This document shows positions 56,420 through 64,000 of a DNA stretch of 64,000 bases, piece by piece. The stretch comes from Babesia bigemina. Taxonomy: Eukaryota. A model generated the notes under the pieces. The model was not told the origin of the DNA. It did not search any database and saw nothing but the letters and a program-made list of their open reading frames with translations. Both the position numbers and the translations under genes were made by a program. Where the stretch lies: assembly GCF_000981445.1 (NCBI RefSeq), contig NC_027217.1, positions 186,001 to 250,000 on the forward strand, in the 5' to 3' direction. The first letter of the stretch is position 1; the number at the start of each line of letters is the position of its first letter.

Positions 56420-56425
56420 AGTGGC
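56354..56425 (-). tRNA. tRNA-Thr (anticodon UGU)
   Basis: GCCACTT TAGCACAGTGGTAGTGC ATCGGT CTTGTAA ACCGA AGGTC ACGGG TTCGATC CCCGT AGGTGGC T forms a complete cloverleaf with A and B boxes. Confidence 0.96.
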
Positions 56426-56801
56426 GACTCCGGGGGTGCCTATTTTTAATTTAGGAGTCGCATTTTGAGCGCCCAACTAGCGTCGTTCCGTGCACCGAAA
56501 GCGGCACTGGAGCTGCGGACGTCAACCGGTTTTGTTATTTTAATTTTCCTAGTTATTGCCTGCGCACTAAACCGAAAATTGGTGACCTAGTGGCAGGCAC
56601 ATTGTCTACGTAGCTTAGCAACGCTTGGCGTGTGTTATTTATCTGGATTCCACGTATTGGCGCCGTATGACAGGTAATTATATGATTTCTGTGATGCGCC
56701 AGATGAACCTGTGGACGTAATGTGGAGGTCGGTTCCACCACAGCGTGTCTTCTGCGGGATCTAGACCCGAATCCACCGCCGGCAACGCAACGATCGCAAC
56801 A

Positions 56802-59800
56802 ATGAGTGCCTACACTCTCGCCGACATCTGCGGCGCGCCTTACACCGGTGGGCGCATATGCTTCAGCCCTGATGGTACGTCAATACATCCATGTTGCGTA
56901 GTCGTGTTCTGTACTCGTGGTTAGTGGCAATCCTGGCAGTATGCGTCAACTGTAGCTACGCGGGACTTTCATTTGGCCGTGTTGCGTGTTCTGTTAGCGT
57001 CGAACAGTCTGACTGACTGATTCACTCAAACCAACATCGCTGTATGCCCACTGCACTCCATGTGATCTGATGGCTTGGTTGACTTCAATGACGTATCGCT
57101 TTTTCACAACCCATAATTGTGCATCTCCCCAACTGCTTTTATATATTGCAACGAGCGTGGATTTTGGCATGATGTGCATTGAGAATGATATTACTGTCGT
57201 GGTTATTGCGTTCAATGTTGCTTTTGCAATTCGGTTTTGTAACGTTGTGCAGGCGGCTGCATTTTGGCCCCCGTGGGCAACCGTATCACGGTGTACGACC
57301 TGCAAACGAGCAAAAGCACCACGTTATCATCGCAAACACGGTCCGACATTGCCATTGTGTCGTACCATCCGACTCTGCCTCTGGCGATCCTCATCGACTG
57401 CCACGGTACTTTGCGTTTTGTCGCAACGTTCACAGGCCGCAGGCTACGGGTACATTTTAAATTTACTACGAGATCGCATCCTGCATCGTCTGCAGTTCAA
57501 GTCGTCGAGCACCGTCGCCACGGCGAAGAACAAGGCGTCGATATTGCCCGCGAACGAATCGCAACGCCTGGTGCGTGACGCGGCCTTCAGCCCTGACGCC
57601 AGGTTCTTCGCGGTCGCCGTGGGCCGTAAACTGTGCATCTGGAGGGCCCCGGAGGAGCACCTGTCGTGGCGCATGACGCTGCACCGCGAGTTGACTGGCC
57701 ACATGGATGCCATCTCCAGCATCGACTGGTCTAGCGACTCGCGGTTCATCTGCACTGCGTCCGCAGACATGACAGTCCGTCTGTGGTCCGTGAACCCCAT
57801 CGAGGGTTTCGTTCCGTGCGCGTTCGTGGACCACCGTCGGTCGGTGAAGGGCGCGTTTTTCTCGCGCGACATGGGCCGGATATTCGCGGTGTCGAAGGAG
57901 GGCGTGATAATCGTGTGGAAGGCCGCTGACGAAGGCAGCCCCGAGAACGCGAACGCCGCCAAGCCCATCGGCCGCAACAAGGCTAGGGCCCGTAAGGCCT
58001 CTGCGGAGGGCGGCGCGGAAGCCGCCGCCACTAGCGGTATGCATCTTTGTCTGTTGGGCCTAACTGTGCGCAGGCGCTGCCGTCGACATAGCCACGGCAG
58101 TGTGGGTCAAGGAGACCCAAGCGTACTGCAACCAAGCTAAGAACACAGTGGTACGTGGTGCTTTTTGGTTTCATCTGACCCAATGCGCAACAGGTGTCCC
58201 GCGTTTCCTTCAACAAGAACACCAACCTCGTGGTGATCGGTTTCACCGGCGGTCTGTTCGGCCTGTACAAGTTCCCGACGCTGGACTCGATATACACTCT
58301 GCGGATCGGCAACGAGCTCCCCGTGGTGGACTCGGTCGACGTGTCCACCGACGGTGATTGGCTGGGTTTGGCATGCTCCGAGACCGGGACCGTAAGTGCC
58401 CCTTTCCGCCGTCTTTCAGCGCGCAGATCGTCGTGTGGGAGTGGAAGAGCGAGACCTTCGTGATGAAGCAGCAGGGCCACCACAGCGGCGTGCGGTGCGT
58501 GGCCTTCTCCACTGGCGGCGGTGACGCCATAAAGCTGGGCGGGGTCGTGGACAAGGAGCTGCGAACGGACGTCGACCAGAACTATTCCGGCAACAACCTC
58601 GGCCTAGGTAGCCGCTACGTCGTCGCCACCGGCGGTTTTGATGGGAAGGTGAAGTTGTGGGACAGCAACAGCGGCCTGTGTTTCGTGACATTCGATGAGC
58701 ACACGGCGTCCGTCGAGGCCGTCTGCTTCACCCCGCAGGTACGATCCCCCGATCCCCCCCGAGTTCACCTCTGATCAGGCCAACGCCGTCATAACAGCGT
58801 CCCTGGACGGCACCGTCCGCGCGTTCGACCTGCTGCGTTACCGGAACTTCCGCACCCTCACGGCGTCGAGGGTGCAGTTCATCTCCGTGGCGTGCGACTC
58901 GTCAGGCAGCATAGTGTGCGCGGGATCGCGCGGCGACGCGAACTCCGTGTTCATCTGGAGCCTGCAGAGCGGCAAGCTGCTGGACGAGTTGCACGGGCAC
59001 AGCTCCGCGGTGACCAGCGTGGCATTCCACCCGAGCCTGGCCTTCTCCGGCTTCTTGGTGTCTGCGTCGTGGGACAAATTCATCAACGTGAGTGCCGCTA
59101 AGCGCGTGGTCTATAGTGCGCAGGTCTGGAACATCTACGGGCGAGCTGACAAGGGAGGTGCCACGGAGCCCCTGCTCAACTCGTCCAGCGTGGTGGCCAT
59201 CGCGTTCGACCCGCGTGACAACAACATCCTGGCCGCTGCCGTTTTGTGCGGCAACATCTTGTTCTGGGATCTGGACAACAGCGAGGTTCGTTTTGCCACC
59301 GCGTTTCTAACAGCCGCCGCAGCAAATCGGCAGCATCGACGGTCTCCGCGACCTGCAGACCGGGCGGGACCCTACGGAGTTCTTCGCCGCTAACAACAGC
59401 CGTGGCGTGCGTGGTCACAAGGGCGACTTACAGGCGGGTCTGAATCGCAACCAGCACTTCAACTCGATCGCTTACGCGTCGAGCGGGCGTATGCTGATCG
59501 CCGGTTCGCGCAACTCTGCGCACGTGTGCGTGTACAACACGGAATCGTACTCGCTGCTGTACTCGCTGACGCTGACCCGTAACCGCTCGTTCACCGGCAT
59601 AAACCGCGAGCTGAATTCGCGCTACATGACCGAGTACGGTAGTTCGCTACAGGAGTGGGACCTTTCTGATGACGAGGAGGTTGCGGAGGGCGCCGCCGAG
59701 CGCCGTCGCATCCAGTCCCACTACGCGCTTCCCGGCGTGCAGCAGGGCGAGCTGAGCCGTAAATCGCGCCGTTTCCACGTGTGGTGCGTGTCGTGCGCCC

Positions 59801-60411
59801 CTGACGGCAGGCAGTTCGCCGCGGCCACGTCGCACGGCCTGTACGTGTACTCCGTGGACGCGTACATCAAGACTCCAAACTACGTGAACGAGGTGCTGAA
59901 GTCGGTGGGATCTTTCCAGCCGCAGCTGCTGACGAAGAACGTGACCACTGGCAACGTGCTATCTGCGCTGGAGGCCGGCGAGTACAGCCGCGCGTTCGTC
60001 CTAGCGCTTGCGCTGAACGACTTCAACACGCTGCTGCGGTGCTACGAGAGCGTGCCAATCGGCTCTATCGGCCAGGTGGTGGCTTCAGTGGCCCCGGAGT
60101 TCGTCTGCGTCTGCCTGAACTTCATTCGCGCCGTGCTGAGCCCGGACTCCCCCTGTGGGACTGTGCACTTGCAGTGGCACCTGCTGTGGCTGGAGGAGAT
60201 CTTCAGCATCCACATGCACACCCTCGGCGGCCTGGACGGTTCCGGCGGCGCGAAGAGCATCGCCCCCGTGGGCCAGATGGACATGCGGACGATGCTGCTG
60301 CTGCTGCTGCGCCAACTGCGTCAGACCAAGGCGACGGTCTCGGGAGTGCTGAGCTCTAACGCGCACACCGTGGGTTACCTGGCGTCGCTCGCCGGACGCA
60401 ACATCGATTGA
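56802..60411 (+). CDS. PWP2: Periodic tryptophan protein 2 (UTP1), WD40 SSU-processome subunit, multi-exon
   Basis: CFSPDG|GCILAPVGNRITVYDL, VWEWKSETFVMKQQGH, DGKVKLWD, SLDGTVRAFDLLRYRNFRT and a C-terminal Utp12-like region. Confidence 0.93.
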
Positions 60412-61399
60412 ATAGTGCTGGGGCGCTGTCGTGTTTAGCGTGTTGCGTTGGGCCGCCCGATGTCTGCGTCGGCAGGTCACACATTGCTAATTCAGCACCA
60501 TCCGCGCATTGAGCGCGCTGTCCGCATGTCGAGAATCGCCTCGCCTGTTGAGACAGCCGGTCGACGGCGGTGCCGCGCGGTGTGTATGCGGGCACACATG
60601 CCCACAGGGCGTCGAAACACATACCGCCGCGTCAGGCAAAGATCTGGAAGTGGAAAATCCCGCGGTCCGATGCGCTTGGCTGCGGCTGGGTGTCGTCTCT
60701 GCGTCCCGGCATACCGCGGCCTTGCGACGCACGTGGCGCATTTGCCGTCTAAAAATATGTGCTGCGGCGGCCTCAGGCGCTGCTAAAAATTGCGTGCAGT
60801 GATCCGGCATCGGCTGGTTAGCGGTCGGGCGTGGCCACGGACGCCGGGCCGTTTGCGTGCGGTATCCGCTGTACCCGTGTTTGCAGATGCGGACACTGGC
60901 GGCACGGACAGCACCGCGAAAAATTCGGAGGTGTACGTCGTGCGCCCGTGCGGACATTAGTCACTACTTTCATTTAGCGCTGAGTTCTTTGCTTGGTCGT
61001 GGTTCGGTGCATTAGCGCGCGGTGTTGTGCAGGTGCTGGTTCGTCGCTTGGTAGTGGGTTTCCGACAGTGTGTAAGGTCGGCGGCAGCAGGTCGGGTGTT
61101 TTTTTCACGCAGCGTTTCCGTTTGTCGCCCTAGGCTTGCCGTGCCGACTAGGGTCTTTTTCCATCGTACCTTGGGGTGCGTAACGGGGAATCACGAACCG
61201 CCGTTTGTGTAAGCGCGCGCCTGTCCAGAGACAGCCCCGCTGTGCGTTATCGACCGCTTTTTGCGTTTTCCACCGCGAGGTGTAGGTGCACGGGCGTTTG
61301 TCTGCCGGCTGTGTGCCGGTCCAGCGCCGCTGCGAGCAAGGTGGATGTTTCGGCGTTTGCCGTTTTGAATGTAGTGTAACCTTCGGAGAAGTTAAAGCA

Positions 61400-62671
61400 A
61401 TGAAGACGGATATGTCGGCGTATGGGAAACCGGGTTATGAGTCTCAGCTGCTTAACAGGCAGGTGACGTCGCGCAAGGCGCTGTATGGCGGCGACGGCAA
61501 TTATTCGCAGCTCATGTCGAGTATCTCCACGATTGTGGATGAGGATGAGCAGAGTCTGTTGAGTGTGGTGTTGGAAACATTTTCAGGTTCCGCGAGGGAA
61601 GGCACGAATTACCCCGAGCAGTATTCAGACAGCAATTTCGGGTGTGGCTACGCACAAAAGCCCGTGCTGGATTCCGTGGCGGTGAACGACCCCTTCGCCG
61701 AGTTATATCCGGTGGATTCTTTTCCCCTGTCTGAGCCTGTGTGTCAGGGCGAGCAGGGTTTCCGGTGGAGCTTGTCGTCCCCCAGCAGCTGCTTCGGCAC
61801 CGAGAAGGCGCAGCTGTACGAGCGTCTGTTCGACTCGTACATCACGCTGTTCAACGCCGAGGACTCTGCGGCGGACGTACCTGCTTCCGCGGATGTGCCA
61901 CGTGCAGGTGCGCAACCCTTGTCTCCAGCGTGGGAGGCGATGGAAGCGCTGCGTGGATTCGACGGCCTCAGCATCTCCGAGCGCCCCGCAGTCGGCGGGC
62001 CGCGTGAGAGCCGTCGCAAGGCTGAGCCAACAAATGTAGTGGACAAGAGCAAGAGTCTCTGGAAGAGGAAACGCAGCAAGTTCAAGACGCTCGAAAAGAG
62101 GGCGATAGCGCCGTTAACCGGCAACGATTTTCAAGAAGCAATGGAGTTTTTAAAGCAGATTGTGGAGTCGCTTTACCGCGACCAGATGCCCCCGACTTTT
62201 TTCAACGTACGCAGTCGCTTCGTGGAGTTCGACACTAAGAACATTCCGGTGGAGCACATCATGAACATCTGTCAGCGCCGCCCGGACGTGTTCCGCGTGG
62301 AGACGAACGACGCGCTGAACCAGACGTACATCTACTTTGTCAAGCCTCCGAGCTACTTCACGAAGTGGATAGACCGCAACGACCTGACTGACGTCTATCC
62401 TGAGGCGATGTGGGACAAGTTCCTGGACTTTTTGGTCGAGCTGGTGAATAACCCCGACCACGTGATGCCCGTATTCCCTGGCAGCATTTACGGTACGGCT
62501 AAGGTGTTCCAGAAGCTGGAGCTCGAGTTTTTCGAGGGCATGACGCTGGGCGTGCTCTGCCACGTGGTTCAGCTGGCCGTTCGCGTGCGCAAGCTGCTGA
62601 TGTACGAGCTCAAGACCCTGAAGCCTAACCTGCTTGCAATTCTGCAGGCGTGCATCAAGCGGTCTAAATGA
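61400..62671 (+). CDS. Protein with a C-terminal OST-HTH-associated (OHA)-like domain
   Basis: SLYRDQMPP...; FPGSIYGTAK...FFEGMTLGVLCHVVQLAVRVRKLLMY resembles the OHA consensus as recalled. Confidence 0.65.
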   Translation: MKTDMSAYGKPGYESQLLNRQVTSRKALYGGDGNYSQLMSSISTIVDEDEQSLLSVVLETFSGSAREGTNYPEQYSDSNFGCGYAQKPVLDSVAVNDPFAELYPVDSFPLSEPVCQGEQGFRWSLSSPSSCFGTEKAQLYERLFDSYITLFNAEDSAADVPASADVPRAGAQPLSPAWEAMEALRGFDGLSISERPAVGGPRESRRKAEPTNVVDKSKSLWKRKRSKFKTLEKRAIAPLTGNDFQEAMEFLKQIVESLYRDQMPPTFFNVRSRFVEFDTKNIPVEHIMNICQRRPDVFRVETNDALNQTYIYFVKPPSYFTKWIDRNDLTDVYPEAMWDKFLDFLVELVNNPDHVMPVFPGSIYGTAKVFQKLELEFFEGMTLGVLCHVVQLAVRVRKLLMYELKTLKPNLLAILQACIKRSK

Positions 62672-62796
62672 AGTTCTTTTCCTAATCTATTTACGCTACA
62701 TCTGTGCTTTGCTGTTTGTGGCATGTTTGGGCGTCCGGTGGTGTATGCGCGTCCGCCGCGTCGTGCATTCGCAACTTCGCCGTCGCACATTTAACC

Positions 62797-64000
62797 ATGG
62801 ATGAGGGACAGTTGATTGAGGCACTTCCGCGGCTCGAAAAGGCCAAGGATGACGCCAATGTGTTGTACCGCGAGCGCCGTTTCAAGGCCGCCGCGCAGGC
62901 CTACACACAGCTCGTGGCCGAGATTCTGGCCGTGGAGCCGTCGGCCGCCAATGTCGCCGCGCTGTCGGCCGCTGCGAAGGAGGCGTCAGTGAAGGACGAG
63001 AACGTTTCGCGTCTGCTGGCCACCCTGCTCTCCAATGCAGCTCTGTGCTACTACCAGGAGCAGTCCATCGACAAGGCGTCGGAGCTCTGGGAGGCGTGCC
63101 TGTCCGTGGACGCCTACAACTACAAGGCGGCGTACAACCTCGCGCAGTGCCACGTGGCCCGCAAGGAGCTGAAGAAGGCGCTGGAGCTGGTTGCGCGCTG
63201 CCAGAACATCGCGCTGACGAAGGGCATGAACAACACCAAGTCGCTGCCGCACGCCGAGCTGATGCAGCGCATAGGCTCCACCGTGGAGCGCGATTACGAC
63301 GAGCGCCAGGGCTACAGCGGGAACGATGCGATTTTCGCTGCGCTGGAGTCCGGGCAGTCCGTGCGTGACAACCTGGAGAAGTTGAGCATGCAGAGCCGCA
63401 CCGAGACCGCGCGCAACCGCGTGATCCCCCGCCTCATAAAGGTCATCAAAGGCGCGACGGACGTGGTGAAGCACGCGTCGACCCACGCCGACACTTGGGG
63501 CACGATCCACGTGCTGCTGCAGGACGTGGGTTCTGCGACCGAGGCGGAGCTGCTGTCGCAGCTGTCGTCGGGTTTGTCCGAGCACTCGCTGGACCTTGTG
63601 AGCTACGGAAAGGAGGTGATGAAATGCATCGAGAACAACCGGTCAGCTGCGAAATCGCTGTACGCTGTGGCGTTCCAGTTCGGCCGCGTGTGCTACCACC
63701 TGGGCAGCACCGCGTCGCTGGAGGCGCTGTGCAGCATCGTGGAGCGCGTCGAGCCCGAGCTGGAGCAGCGCATCTACTCGTGCGTGTACCAGTACTTCTC
63801 GCGTCCGCGCCACGACGAGAAGCGCGCTGTGGACGGGCACTTCAGCACCGTGCTGAGCCGGCTGCTGGAGACGATGCTGGGCCAGTGCGAGCTGGGCTGC
63901 CCCAACGAGAGGCGCGACACCATCGAGCGCGTGCTGGTGTCCATCTTCGTGATGGCCCCCACCCGCTTCGCGATTTCCGAGGAGACCCTGAACGGCGTGA
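62797..64000 (+). CDS. TPR + helical-repeat protein, UNC-45/UCS-like; runs off the window
   Basis: Open frame from ATG 62797 to the window end. TPR motifs KDDANVLYRERRFKAAAQAY, LLSNAALCY and NYKAAYNLAQC are followed by Leu-rich helices. Confidence 0.6.
   Translation, partial: MDEGQLIEALPRLEKAKDDANVLYRERRFKAAAQAYTQLVAEILAVEPSAANVAALSAAAKEASVKDENVSRLLATLLSNAALCYYQEQSIDKASELWEACLSVDAYNYKAAYNLAQCHVARKELKKALELVARCQNIALTKGMNNTKSLPHAELMQRIGSTVERDYDERQGYSGNDAIFAALESGQSVRDNLEKLSMQSRTETARNRVIPRLIKVIKGATDVVKHASTHADTWGTIHVLLQDVGSATEAELLSQLSSGLSEHSLDLVSYGKEVMKCIENNRSAAKSLYAVAFQFGRVCYHLGSTASLEALCSIVERVEPELEQRIYSCVYQYFSRPRHDEKRAVDGHFSTVLSRLLETMLGQCELGCPNERRDTIERVLVSIFVMAPTRFAISEETLNGV

Overview
Eukaryotic, intron-containing, gene-dense DNA from a piroplasm parasite, most likely Babesia of the B. 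bigemina/ovata/caballi type. This call rests on short (~35-40 nt) GT-AG introns, ves-related antigen families and an apicoplast-type leader. The left arm (1-23.4 kb) is housekeeping: an acyl-CoA synthetase 3' end, an IMP-like S26 peptidase, RecQ, SMC5, a head-to-head pair of secreted PH-domain paralogues, PET191, KRI1, an RRM-like protein and FtsH/YME1. An accessory variant-antigen island spans ~23.5-46.4 kb. It holds two convergent, intronless ~1600-aa ves-related genes, a divergent pair of short ves-like genes, and four small Cys-rich single-TM genes. The right arm (46.6-64 kb) is housekeeping: RPL6, eEF1-gamma, a SprT protease, a RING-H2 protein, a RimP-like protein, a methyltransferase, a secreted acidic protein, tRNA-Thr(UGU), PWP2, an OHA-domain protein and a TPR/UNC-45-like 5' end. 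Three observations stand out. (1) Both large antigens carry tandem NQGKKAEGAQ decapeptides matching the mammalian RRBP1/p180 ribosome-binding repeat, including its variants. (2) The same genes share a near-identical leader and an identical 316-bp inverted 3' block at which both stop. (3) The small Cys-rich membrane proteins appear to form an unnamed family, three with a PFH[RK] tail, and share upstream motifs. Exon structures were read by eye and family calls come from motif recall, not from database searches.
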